DNA from: Amoebophrya sp. A120 | Taxonomy: Eukaryota; Protista; Dinoflagellata | DNA length: 64,000 nucleotides | Assembly: GCA_905178155.1 (NCBI GenBank) | Contig: CAJINV010000002.1 | Location: 6,912,743-6,976,742, forward strand | Direction: 5' to 3' | Shown here: in pieces, positions 1 through 12,599 of the stretch | Numbering within the stretch: the first letter of the stretch is position 1 | Layout: each line of letters starts with the position of its first letter | Notes under the pieces: generated by a model | Database searches by the model: none | Told to the model about the DNA's origin: nothing | Seen by the model: the letters and a program-made list of their open reading frames with translations, nothing else | Translations under genes and position numbers: made by a program

Positions 1-1191
1 GGACGAGGCTCTTCGACAGGAACTGGAAACGGCGAAAATGAAGGTCGCGAAACTGGAGGAAGTGCTGCGGGAAAAGGAAGAAGTATTTATCTATTTTGGA
101 TGATCGTCTTTTTGTAAGAGATGAGCATGAAGTAAGAGGATGAGCGACTGGTGCGAGAGATGCGTGAGAGTTCTTTCCTCACCACAACCGCAAGGAATCG
201 ACTCCGGTTCCTTCATCAAAAAGTCTATTGAGATGAAACTATTCTGGCTAAAGATAAAGAACCTAGAAATCCATGCAAATTTCAACAAGAATCCACTTTC
301 GGAGATCTGCCTTGCAAACCTCCAGCTAATATCACTATTTCACTACTACAGCAACAAGGAACCTCCTTGAACCTGCTGCAGCAGACCTTCGAGGACCTGA
401 CGGCCGAGCACGACCAGACCCTCCGCCGCTTAGCCGCGGTGAGGGAGGAAAATGAGGCGCTGAAGAACAAAACTACAGGTGGTACCAATTCTACTTCCGG
501 TGGAGGAGCGACAGCATCTACTTCTTCCGCAGGCAATGCAAACCACTCCTCTGGCGTAAATTCGACTTTGCAGCGGACCATCAATCCCAAATCTCCCAGT
601 TCGTCCAACAGCAAGGAATCCACAGCTACCCCACTGCACGACAACGATTCCGAGGCCCAGCAGCAACAGATCGACGCACTGCAGAAGCAGGTCAAGGGGT
701 TACACCGAGATTTGGAGCGACTCCTCCGGGAAAAGGAAGAACATTTTTTCGAGAAAGAAAATTTCGTCGATAGAAGGTTAGTTCTGTCCATGGCCTCGCA
801 ACTCCAGAGCGAGCCAAAACCGGCGCTGAAGGACAAGATTTTAGCGCAGATGATCGAAGTGCTCTGTGTCGACGAAACGTGGAAGCAGTTGATGCCCCAG
901 AGACCGGTGTCGACGCGGAACTCCAGAGACGACCTTGGGCGGGGCGCTAACGGAAAGCCCGCGCCCCTGTCCGATGCGCTGATTGATTTTGTCGATCGGG
1001 AGATCGAAGGGGCGGAAACGGGAGTAGTAGTCGGGGGCAGTAGATCTCCAGGCGCGGGGACGGGAGGAGGTGGTCCTTCTGTGGGCGCTGGCGGGATCAC
1101 GCCGACCGGGATTGCTGGTAGTTCTGCAGCGAGCAGTGGAAACAGCAATTCGGCGGGGTCTAGTCCGAGCTTTCCCGCCGTGCCGGGATAG
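1..1191 (+). CDS. 5'-truncated coiled-coil golgin-like protein with C-terminal GRAB/GA1-like motifs (Rud3/GMAP-210-like); join(<2..82,352..1191)
   Basis: Open frame from the window edge (DEALRQELETAKMKVAKLEEVLREKEE) joins through a phase-0 GT-AG intron (83-351) to QQGTSLNLLQQTFEDL. Coiled-coil heptads are followed by VDRRLVLSM...KDKILAQMIEVL (GRAB-like) and LSDALIDFVDRE (GA1-like). Family call is by motif recollection. Confidence 0.6.
83..351 (+). other. canonical GT-AG intron (269 nt)
   Basis: GTATTT at 83 and TACAG ending at 351; removal fuses the two open frames in phase 0. Confidence 0.75.
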
Positions 1192-2054
1192 AAGCAGCTG
1201 TCACAGTATTGATGAAGCCAAAGGTGGTCGTGAAAACCACACTTCGAAACGACATAGCGACTTTTTTTCTCATGAAAATAGAATAGTACTACCTCCTACG
1301 ACGCGACGCGAGTGTAAGTTTGTAAATTTCTCTACCACATGCACTCCTGGTCGAATGAAGACCAGGCGCTGGCTGTCGTAACGTGCGCGTAGACGAGAAG
1401 CGAGAGGAAGGGCTCCTGTTAGTTTGAAAGCTCACCTCATGAAGATGATCTTCTCACGACCCAGTCCGGTAATTTTAATTCATCGATCATGGTAAAATTT
1501 GATGAACGACTTCGATGAAAAATTATTTTTCGAAAGAACACGATCGAAGTACAACTAGTAGAAGGAGAAACAGTTGTCGGTGAAAAATTGAAAGAATTCT
1601 GCAGCTCGGTCTCTTTTGGAAAAGGATCACTGCTCGGATATATGATTCATCGGTCAACAGCAGCTGGCACCAAGTCCAAAACCGAGTTTCGCTTTTTTGC
1701 AGCCAACTTTCAAAGTTAATGTGATACAGCAGGGAAATAACGGAAACTACGAAAAAAGTGACGACGACCAGTGCGAGCTTTATATACTTTTAGTTACCTC
1801 GACGCCATTTTGATTTCTGAATGCACAAACCTGCTTACAACGAACACAATCAGAAGTTACCTTTTACCATTACCACACTTACTCACTATTCAACACGAAC
1901 GACGCGTAGCGTGACCTCACTTTTACTTCTCGATCCGACACCTTTATTGAGCTTCAGTGCTTAGTAGATCTTTGTACTTACTCCAAGATCTTTCTGCTCG
2001 TTTTAATACTCGACACCTTCCAGTACACTCACAAGTCAAACGATTTTGTTCGAG

Positions 2055-5000
2055 ATGAGCATGACCTCGTCTACTGCTCCACCTCGAACAGCTGCCGCCT
2101 GCAAGGGCGGCGCTCTTGCTCTTGAGTGGCGTAACATCACGATTGAGGTGGACGGAGGGAAAAAAATCTTGGACAACGTTTCGGGGTTCCTACCCGCGGG
2201 CGAGACCCTCGCCATCCTCGGTCCGTCCGGTTCGGGGAAAACCACGTTGTTGTCTCTTCTTGCGGGCGTTTTCCGGGATGACGGAAAGATGAAGATCACC
2301 GGCGACATCATCGTCGGGAACGAGATGGCCGATAAGGAAGCGAAGTCCGATATCCTGAGTAAAAATGTCCCCACACCATAGTCAAGATGGGGAATCGGCT
2401 AGACAAATCCACAAGTTTTGGCTGTTTTCTTGCATCACTATGTCGCTCCAGCGCCTGCGGAGGCTTGCCTCCAAAGCTATGCTGGACAATGGCAATGTCG
2501 GTGCGGTTGTTTTAGCATCACAAATTTGCATTCGTAGTGTAGTGCTGTTTGAGCTAGCTCAGCAGCATGACAGACAGAGCATACCATGCTGATTGCAGCA
2601 TGACAAATTGCAAAACACGACTAGAAACTGCTTCTCATGGGACTCCGCATGAGAAACATTCTCAGCATGCCGATTTGCATTACAACTTTGGGGTGGGGAC
2701 GTTTTTAAATAGGATATCCGATGCGAGGATGCATGCGTATTCCAAGCACATGAATTACATCCGCATCGTGGAGCAGTACGACACGTTTCTCGGTTCCTCC
2801 ACGGTCTGGGATATGCATTGCAAATATGTCTCGGTCTGGAAAAATGCCAGGTTTGTCATGCTGTGCTAGCATGACTGTCAAGTCTGTCATGCAAGGTACC
2901 CAAAACTGCCACTTTTGTGTCATGCAAAAACCCAGTTTCTCATGCAGAATAGGCAACACCTAGCGACTCAAAAACCTGTCATGCTGAGCCGTCATTTCTG
3001 GCGTTCTGTTGATTCGCCAACCAGCATCACAAGTTTCCAGACCCAGACATATTTGCATTTCATATGGGAGCACATGATGCTAAACGCCAGCCTGCGCCTT
3101 TCCCATTTGAAGTCCGACGAGGAACGGGAAGAGAAGGTCGTGAGAATCCTGAGTCGGTTGCGGTTGCAAGGGTTCGAAACCGTAAAACTCCAGTCTTTGT
3201 CCGGCGGGCAGAAGAAGCGGCTGTCTGTCGCGGAGGAACTTTTGTCGAACCCCGCGATCTTGTTTCTCGACGAGCCGACGTCTGGGCTGGACTCCACCGT
3301 CGCGCGGGAAGTGGTCGAAATTTTCTACGATACCAAGCACATTGATCAGTGCGGGGAGGCGCTAGCACGGAAGATGTCGATTCCATCTGGACAAGATGAT
3401 GGCGCAGCTGGTGCGACGAGTAGGACCTCCAAACAACGGACAAAATCGGCAACAAGCATGAGATCTGGCACTGCTGGTGAGCCGACAAGCGCGACCTATC
3501 TGTACGGCGAAAGCATGATGTACTCCCGGGAGCCCCGATACGCGCAGTTTCAGTCCGGCGACAGTCGCAAGTCTGCCTCTTTCATCGAGGAAGGCGGTTT
3601 GGAGCCGAAATCCCTGACCGACCGTGCATTCGACGAAATTTATGAAAATGTCCAAAACGACGCCAGCGGACGAACCAGCGGCGCAGCGGGAAGAATCGAT
3701 TTTCTTCCAGACGCACCGACCACCGCGTGGGATCGTGCGCGCCAGCGCGTGGAGGTAGCGAAAAAACTGAAGAATAAGAACGCTGAAGAAGAGGATGAAC
3801 ATTTGACGACGATCATCTACACCATTCACCAATATCCTTTGCAAACGTATAGCACTTGCAGTCAATTGAAATCATGCGCCGTGATAAATCTGAGTCTCTA
3901 CCTCTAGTACCTGGTCTAGCATGACAAGTTGTGCTCTACTTTGTAGTCCTTGAAAAAATTTGTATATATGCAACTTTCGATTAGTGCGTGTGCGATAGTT
4001 TTGCATTGCATAACCAACCGTCTTCACTCATCTGGTCCTGGTTCAAACATTCCATGTTTCTGTCCCAGGGAAAAACCATTTATTTCGGCCCCGGTAGTGA
4101 TGTGGTCGATTACTTGGAGAAAAATCTGAAAAACGTGACGTGCCCAAAGGGCTACAGCGCGTCCGAGTTCGTGTTAGACACGATCAACGACAAGGAGGCC
4201 GTCGATAAAATCACAGAGGTCCGCACGCAAGAAAATCATTCGGCAAAAGAGATCAACGCAATCGCGGCGGAGGCTTTGGAACACATGCGGCGAGACGGCC
4301 GCAGCGGAAAGAACAACAACAGCACTGATGATAAGGAGAAAGCCCTTTACGCCCCGTGGTCGACCCAGTACCGCGTTTTGTGGACCCGTTGTTTCCGCGA
4401 CCGCTTGAGGGACGTGAATAAGACGAGACTCACCGTGATCGGGTCCGCGGTGATGCTGCTCCTGCTTTCGCTGTGTTTCTGGCAGAACGGAGAAACACCG
4501 CAGCAGGCCGGGGCAAGGTCCGGAGCGATGTTCATTTTACTCACGTTTCCGATCATGAGCGAGGTTTTCAGCTACATGATCGGCATCATCCTCCTGCAGC
4601 CACAGATTTGCCGCGAGTACAAGACGAAAAGGCTCTATTACATCGGTCCCTACTGGCTGGCGCAGCGCACCGGGACTATCCTGTTCGACTACCTGCAGCT
4701 CGCGGTGTTGTACGTGACTTCACTCTACTGGACGATCGGTTTCTTTCCGGATTTTTCCCCGGTGAAGTATTTCGAGTTGTTGGCGTACATATTGGTGACC
4801 CAGACTATCGGCCACGGGTACGGGATTCTCCTCGGAAACATTGTGACCGATCCGGGGAAGATGCCTTTTCTCTCGTCGATTATGGTGCTGCCGTTCCTCT
4901 TCATCAATCCAGCGCTGGCACAGGGATTGAAGATCCCGCTCTATTTGTGCTGGCTGAACTACATTTCTCCCTTCTACTGGTCTTCGAAACTGCTCGTGTG

Positions 5001-5475
5001 GTGGGCCTGGAAGGACTTTGTGATGCAGGATTTGGATCCGACTGCGGAGGAACTGACGACGTACGCGAACTACTGTGTGTACCAAGATAACACCGGGCAA
5101 GTCTACACGTGCGACGTGATTCACCAAAGCCACACCCTTATCCCGGCCGCTGATTGGTTTAACGAAGGCAAGCCGTTTCTCCGGTTAGAGGGGAATAAAC
5201 TCCTGCCCGCGCAGTTCAAGATCGACCCAACGCAACCGTTCTGGGAGTTCTGGCTCGCGCTGATCATGTGCTTCGTGCTCATCGTAGTGCACAACGCTTT
5301 GGCCTTTACGACCTTCGCGTTCCGGCACAAGTACACGTGCAGCTGCTCGGCGATGTGCAGCAGCCGACGGAAAAAATTTGCGAACGCGGGTCGGAAAAGG
5401 AAGCTTGCTGGCGGTAGTCTCGTTGGGGAGGCCGAAGTTGCGGGAGACGACGATAAGAAACCACTTTTGCCATGA
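2055..5475 (+). CDS. ABCG (White-like) half-transporter, ~868 aa; join(2055..2350,2722..2811,3070..3832,4018..5475)
   Basis: Walker [11 protein letters not shown]-loop region [17 protein letters not shown], signature LSGGQKKR, Walker B/D-loop [12 protein letters not shown] and H-loop TIHQPS (the last rebuilt only after removing an insertion), followed by an ABC2 membrane domain. NBD-TMD order is the ABCG order. Confidence 0.93.
2351..2716. mobile_element. introner-like non-canonical intron element, 366 bp, 5-bp direct repeat TCCGA
   Basis: Left end TATCCTGAGTAAAAATGTCCCCACACCATAGT pairs imperfectly with right end ACTTTGGGGTGGGGACGTTTTTAAATAGGATA. TCCGA at 2346-2350 and 2717-2721. Removal gives ...KSD-ARMHAY in frame. 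Confidence 0.88.
2812..3064. mobile_element. introner-like element, 253 bp, direct repeat TGGGA
   Basis: 31-nt IR TATGCATTGCAAATATGTCTCGGTCTGGAAA / TTTCCAGACCCAGACATATTTGCATTTCATA. TGGGA at 2807-2811 and 3065-3069. Removal gives [14 protein letters not shown], typical of ABCG. Confidence 0.92.
3833..4012 (-). mobile_element. introner-like element, 180 bp, direct repeat ACCAA; reverse-orientation member of the 21713/37546 family
   Basis: Starts TATCCTTTGCAAACGTATAGCAC and ends GTGCGATAGTTTTGCATTGCATA. ACCAA at 3828-3832 and 4013-4017. Removal rebuilds the H-loop TIHQ|PSS. Confidence 0.9.
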
Positions 5476-7585
5476 GATGTACGAGGGTGACGAGAAAATC
5501 ACAAAACAGCCCTCAACTGATTTTTTTGATGTAGTTGTGATTTCGTCATCGTCGATATCGCTTCTAGGCCTGCTACCGCCGCTTTAAATTTAGATTAGAC
5601 CCTAGCACGTAGTAATGTATGATAAACATGATGATTTCATTTTGGTTTTTGTTGTGTTGATTGACTTTCACGCCAAGATCGATGCGTATCCACGATGGCG
5701 CACGATGCGGGTGCATCATCCGCAGCTGCGTCATGATCTTGTTGTGATGCGACAACGCAATAGTGCTGCTGTATTTTTTCGTACAACCCCAACCTTAACC
5801 TTTACCTTTCCCATACTGAAAGCGTTTTCCAACCTATTGGAGCCGCCCTAAAATGTGAATTTTGCGGGCACTCTCCAACAACTACAACTAGACGCATTTC
5901 TGTTTCTTGAACTGATTAAGCGAAAACCGGTTCCTCCATGATCTTCTTGGAACAGACAAGGAGCGATGAAATTCATTGAAGAGATAGAGACTTATTTATT
6001 TCTTTCATAACTGTTGAAGCTCCGGCGAGACATCCTCTACATTTGTAGCAGTTGCTGGAATTGCAATTGATATCATGACTGTCATGGAGAACCTCCAGAA
6101 GAAGCGGTTGCGTTTGTTGATTGGAACGTGGTATAATGGAGGAGGTGTTTCTTGCACGCGACCTTTGTTACTCACAAAAACCCTCTACGCACGAAGGGGC
6201 TCAACTTTTTAGTTTGTCCCTTTATCCGAAATGCTCTGCTTGGAAGCCCTGCTCCAACAAATCGAAGCAACGAGGAAACTGTTTGGCTCCTGCTGAGCAT
6301 GGCCAATTAAGAACAGCAGTTGCGCTAGATGTGAGCACGCAATTGAAAGTGCTTTTGCTGTTCGACGCCCGACTGGCGCACAACTTCACTTTCCACAAGA
6401 GCGACGAGAAACATTTGTACTGCTATTTTATCTGAGAAGCAGGGGAGTCTCATCGGCAACGTTCTGAGTTGTTTCTCTTCATCTCTTGCGTTCTGTGGTA
6501 GTTTTTGTTTTGAGTTTGAGAGGCCTTGTTCTGATTTTTGCTCACAAAATGCACTACGTAGAAGGTGAACGAATGGGCGTTGGGCTTCGTTGCGTGGCCG
6601 GCCGATCGTTCTCTGGCTGGCACGCACGGCGGCGGCCGTTTGCGCACGCAGGGGCCGGGCGGTCCGACATTGGCGGCGGAGTGTGGCCATCCACTCGGGG
6701 AAGCAGATTCTGCCAGCGTATTTCCACGCCCCTGATGTTCGGCGAGGGAGCTGCGAGCCGGATTCCGAAAAAAGTTGCGAAGCGCGAAGGCGGGCCGTGG
6801 AAGAGCGGGGCCGGCGCGAGCGGAGCCCTTGGCTCGGCGTGTTGGTTGTGTTGCTGCGCTGCCTGGCGCGCGCCTGTGAGTGTGGCGCTGTGGAATGCAT
6901 AGCAGCGCCCTGCCGGCGGCGCCCCTGCCGGTTCGTTGCCTTGCCGTAGCCCGCCCGGGCTGCCGGCGTTTTCCCCGCTCGCTGCCGGCGCGGCTGCGCG
7001 CCCCATTGTTTCTGCGGACTCCCGCTCCGCTCGCGCCCTCTTCCGTTGCCGATGCGCTTTAGCCGCAGCCATGGCAGGGGGCCCCGCAAGCCGCCCCACC
7101 CGGCCGGGCGAGCGCGCCCTGGCTGTTCCAGCTTCTAGGCAGGGAGATCAAGTCGGCGCCGGCCGTGTCTTCGAAGGCTTTCTTCAAAGCGCGGAGCAGC
7201 CTCGTCTGGGCCTGTTTCGATACAGCTTGCCCCGGGCGAATGAACGAACCAGACAAAGAGATCCACTGTGACCTGCTTGTTTGTTTCGAGTGACCGCTCT
7301 TGGCTCCTCTCTAAGAGCCCCGCGGCCGTGTGTCATCGTGCCTGACAACTGTTCCCCCGGCGGGCGGCGCACCTGAAGATGGAGCTACAGAACTTGTGTT
7401 GTTCCTGTTTGGAGTATATTGCTTTGTTCTCGGAGCGAAAATCCTTCTAGTCGTTGTTGGCTTGTCTTATCGGTCCTTCTGCACGCGGCCCAGATGCATC
7501 AGACCATTTTTACGAAGCAAGTGCCCCTCGCGCGCGCTGTTTAAAGGAAAGCTACACTCGTTATCTCCCCCACACCTCCACGGAA

Positions 7586-10134
7586 ATGGCAAAGTCGTCG
7601 CGCCGTCCAGTACACGCAAGTGTCCTCGCAGCCATACCCTCCGCCATACTTCTGTACCAAGCTGCTATTCTCCCGGCAGAGACCCATGCCTTCTACGTTG
7701 ATTCTGCTTCCTGGAGGTCCGCCGGTGGCTCCCTTTTCAGCGTCCACCACGGAGACACGTTGAACATAATTTTGCGACAATTGAACGTCACGGAGGAACA
7801 GGAGAAACATGATCGGGAGCAGGAAGAGGAAAATCGGAAGGCGGACAGGAACATTCTGCGCAAGAAGAACCAAACCAACAGCACCTCATCGAAAACTTCA
7901 CATGGGAAAAAGCAAACATCATTTCCCGAGCAGTGGTAACACTTCGCTTTATTCTTTGCAAATGGCTGCTTCTCAATCACCGTTGTTCATGGCAGGATTG
8001 ATAGGGCTACTCGATCAAACTCAGAAAAAATTCACTATCGTGCACTCAGTAAATGCAACTCGTTTCAGGTTTCCCCAGGTTTTCGACCACTTCGCATCAT
8101 CTTCAAGTTCCTCCTCCTCCCAAACATCGAAAAACGACACCTCCACCTGGCCCCAGCGTTTTTTCGAGAACGACCAGCATTTCCAGCCGAATGGTCCGGT
8201 TTTCCTGATGATCGGTGGCGAAGGGGAGATCAGTGACGCGTACGTGTCGGACAGGTTTCTGGCGGCCTATTTCGCGAAGCAGTTCAACGGCAGCGTGTTG
8301 GCGTTGGAGCACCGGTTCTACGGGAAGTCGCAGCCGTTCAACGGGGACTTGTCGGATCTGCAACTGCTCTCCTCCCAGCAAGCGCTGGCGGATTTGGTCG
8401 GCTTTGTCAGGGCGCAGAAGGACGGGAGGGTAGATGGTCTTGGTGGTGAACAAGAACAGAAGGAAGACTCATCTCTTGTTAGAACGGAGCGAAATAAATC
8501 GAGTTCGACGGAAACTCTAACTGCGAAATACGCCAACTCAAAGTTCATCTGTCTCGGCGGCTCTTACCCGGGAAACCTGGCGGCCTGGTTCCGGCAAAAG
8601 TACCCCGATGTCGTACACGGGTGCTTGTCGTTTTCCGCACCTGTTTTCGCAAAAAAAGACTTCTACGAGTACGGACAGATGGTCTACAAGGCGCTCGATG
8701 TGTCGAGGCTGGAAGCAGGAGATGTGGCTGCACCAGACACAACTGCAACTACAATAGAGAGGACAGGGCGAGAACAAATTGAAAAAAAACGAGCCAGCAA
8801 GAGCTCATCTTCAACAGCGCCTACTCCTTCTTCCGCGGCATCAGCGACCTCCAGAGCCGCATCTGCCTCCACAGCACGAGACGTGAGTGCCAAGCTCTTG
8901 CAGGGCTACGAAGCGATTCTGACGGAGCTGAAGACCGGCACGCCGAAGGCGACGGAGCGGATTAGGAAGAAACTAAACGCCTGTCCGTTCACGATTCTAT
9001 CCGATGCGGATATTGCCAACGTGGAGAGCATTTTGACGGGCGTCACGGCCGGCGTGGTCCAGTACAACAACACCTTGCCGGAAGGACGAAAAATTTCCGA
9101 CGTTCGTAAGCTCATCGAGAAAGCTGAGACGCCGGAAGCCGCAGCGTGGGGCGTTTTTGAGCAGTTCTCGGAGTACTTTCTAGCGAGTTTAGCGAAAGTG
9201 TCGCGGATTGGGAGGAGTGCAAATGCGGTTGTAAGGGGTGGAGAACGGGAAAAGATTTTGCTGAAGAAGGCAGCGCCAACAAGTAGAAGATCAGGGGCGT
9301 CAAGGAGGTAGGAAACTAAAAATGCTGATAAGTAGATACTGATACACCCTGTGAGTAGAATCATGACTATGACACAAATTGAAATTGAAAATAAAGCGCA
9401 ACTTCTCCGAAATTTCATCATGATTTGAAACACTGGTACTTAGGTCCGTCCGAAGCCTTCCATCCTCTCCTACGATCGCATCTCTGAACAGCACAACAAA
9501 GTACACCCGGAACAATATTACCAATAACGACACTGCAACGAACGTGACAAACCGCACTTCCTCCACTTCTGCGCAACACAAAGGGCGGACGCGCTCAGAG
9601 AAGCACGCTGAACAGGACAGTTGCGTCGATTACAGCCAGCGGATTGAGTACACTTCCCTCGTCCCCGACTCCGCAGCGGCCGCGCGGTCCTGGGTGTACC
9701 AAACCTGCAACGAGTTCGGGTACTTTCAAACGTCCCGCGTTTCTCTACACAACAAAACGATGTACACCTCGGGGGTGTCGGACCCGAGTCTGTGGGACGG
9801 GATTTGCGAGAACGTGTTCGGCATTTACGACACGGAAACCCGAATCGCGAACACCCGGAGTTACTACGATATCGAGGAGATTCCGGACAGAACGGTGTTC
9901 ATCAACGGGGCCCTGGACCCCTGGAGCACGTTGTCACGGAAGCCGAATGGGGAAAAAACGAGTTATTTGGTCCCGCACGGGTCGCACTGTGTCGGTTTGT
10001 ACGGCCACCCGGGGGATGACAAGGTAATGCCGGCGGCGCAGGAGTTGCAGCTGGAATTGGAAAAAACGGTGAAGGGGTGGCTGTTTGGTGGAGAAAAGGA
10101 TGAGGAAGAAGAGGAGCAGGAAGTTTTTAATTGA
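7586..10134 (+). CDS. secreted/lysosomal serine carboxypeptidase, family S28, ~759 aa; join(7586..7935,8069..9307,9444..10134)
   Basis: N-terminal hydrophobic segment. Motifs WFPQVFDHF, PVFLMIGGEG, LEHRFYGKS, LSSQQALADL, GGSYPG (catalytic Ser), WVYQTCNEFGYFQT, NGALDPW (Asp) and SHC (His). Two GT-AG introns restore the frame. Confidence 0.92.
7936..8068 (+). other. canonical GT-AG intron (133 nt)
   Basis: GTAAC...TTCAG; splicing gives QW-FPQVFDHF. Confidence 0.88.
9308..9443 (+). other. canonical GT-AG intron (136 nt)
   Basis: GTAGG...CTTAG; joins ORF 7809-9311 to the frame of ORF 9544-10134. Confidence 0.78.
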
Positions 10135-12599
10135 GGAAAGTTGTTTCTACTAATATTTATTTTTATTTGAGTTTGATTTTCAGTGGCTTACATTTTTGAA
10201 CCATGCATCAGATTTTTTTCGAAGCGAGAAACTACGTACCGAGCATGTGCATGAGCAAGAATATGGAGGACGCTTGTAATGCTAGCACCTTCTTCGAGTA
10301 GCGTCCTTGTGCGAAAAATATCAATAATTTGCGGGGTTTAGCTATACCAAGTAGTCACCTTCACCACGTCCAGATTTTGCGTTCACTGTGCACCCCTGCA
10401 CCATTCGGCGCCAAGGTGTACAAATAGTCTGAGTTGATGTAGTAAGTCGCCCACCCGAAGCCCGAAGTCCGAAGTTGTGGCACTTGAATGATGTGAACAG
10501 AATCGCTAGCCATATCAGGTGTCCGGTAACGAAAAGCTCTTGTAGATGAAGTGACTTCATGTTTTTCTTTCTATTCATTTTTCTGGCACTAGCGTACATT
10601 GATGTCCTTGAAACTCACTGTGTGGCTGTCCTCGTTCGAAGAGCTGAACCTTCAGCATCGGCTTTGCTCTTGCGGTCATTGCCACGAAAAAGAAAAGGAC
10701 GGACGACATCCACTCCAACGAACCCGATACATGTAATCAACATGGCAGCTCTACTCCTTCTCAATGAGGGCGCGCTTGTTCCGCCGCGCCGAGACGGAGG
10801 CTCCGCTCACTGAGCGAGAGGGTGAGTGTTCAGTGAGCAAGAAGGTGAGTCTGAGTGTGTTTTGTTCTTTTGCGGGCCAGTTTTCGAATCATCCATCAAC
10901 TAACCGAAGGACGAAGCGGCGCGCGCCGGCGCCGCTTTGGGAGGCGGAGCCTAATAGCCCCGGAGCGAGCTGCGCAGATGCATCAGCATGGGCGTGGGCA
11001 GCACCGCGGAGCGGGGAGGACGTGAAGGAGGCGCCAGCGCTGCCGGTGGGTGCGCTCGCCGGCTACCGCGGTGGGCATTTTGCCGCGCCGCTGGCATCTG
11101 GGCCGCGTTGTGACTCTCGACGAAATACGGGAAGGAGCCGACCCGGGGCCGATCGGGTCCGCGTGGTTAGGTAGGGCAGGGGCAGCGGTTGCTTTGCCGG
11201 CGCCGCCGCCGGCCCGCCCTTGTTTCGGCTCGGCGCGAGGCGAGCGGGAAAAGGGCCGCGGGTTGCCCCGCCGACCTCTGTCGCCCCGGCCCTCCCAAAG
11301 ATCGGGCGCGCCGCGGTGCTATTTTTTCCAGGCAGGGAGGGCGGCCGGTGCGCTTGCGAATCGCTCGGCCGGTCCGTCCGGGGCCTCCTCCTATCCGCTC
11401 TGCTGCACGGATACCGCCGCGGGCGAAATCGCGCAGGCACGCACGCGGCGCGCTGGCCGTGCGCCGCGTTCATGTGGGTAATGAACCCGTGCGATATTTC
11501 CCGGCGCGCGTATGGCAAGGCCCTGGCGCCCGCACGGGGCAGCCGGGCGCGTTTGGCCCGCCCCTTTGGCAGTGTGGCGCAGCGGCCGCGAGTGTTGGCC
11601 CGCTCGGTCGCTGGGTCGGCCCCGCCCCAAGCTGGGTGGTGTGCGGCGCTTTTCGTTGTCGCCCGCGGTATGGCGCCCGGCCGCCCCTTCGGGAGGCAAC
11701 GCACGAACGCGCCCCGCGTTTTGCTGGGAGGCAGCGCCCGCCTGTTTTGTGTGGGGAGCGAGGGGCCAGCGGCCTGAAGGGATCCGCGCGCCGCGCGCAC
11801 TTCTTCTGGTGAAGCAAGTAGCAGGCCTCCCCGTAAGTGGGTGTTGGTTGGCCCTGCTCGCGGTCGAGGCCCTGCGCGGGCGCGCTTGGTTTCATGCCTG
11901 GGGCACGTTCCGCAGCCCGTGGTCGGTGCCGCCTCCTGGGCCCGTTGGATGGCTCCTTGTCCCCAGCATTTATCTGTGGCAGGGACAGGAGGTTTAGCCC
12001 GGCAGCACTGCTTGCCCAGGTAATAGATTCTTGATAAGATTCGCGGCCGCTGTGCGCAAGCTGGCTAGGTGGGCCAGTCACGCAAACTTCTTGCTTCACA
12101 TGACGCTTACACCCACCTTCCTGGGCAAGTGCTTGCGATTATTTGGGAACGCCCCTGAGCCAGCAACCGAAGAAGAGGATGTCCATTGAGTGGGCCATTG
12201 TTCGTCATGAGCGAGTTTTGAGATGACGTAGTTGATGAGGGTTTTATACACATTTAACGATGTCGTAGCGAGTTACGCGTGAAGCGACTGTCTATGCATG
12301 TTTTTCTTTTTAGTGTGTCAATGTCTATGTGTTGTGGTTATGTTTTCTTTTTCCCGGAGGATGAGGAGGAGCGGTGATTGAGACTTGTGGCGCCGCGTGT
12401 TTCAACATCTTCATCATCTATTCTGTACGTAGGGTAGGTCGATGAAGGTCGCGCAAGAAGAGTACTGGTTGCGTTCGTGCTGTCGTCGTCGGCAGCCCGC
12501 GATATAGCAATTGTTCTTTGTGATTGTGGAAAGGGGACGATGTTGACTAGCTCACTCCGCCACTCTTTGCTGCTGCTTACAAGGGAGGTAGCGCCCTAG

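Noticed and set aside
2046-5475. Interpreting the split ORFs as frameshifted pseudogenes
   Set aside because: Each break is explained by a precisely bounded insertion whose removal restores the frame, and the exons have intact catalytic motifs and no other lesions.
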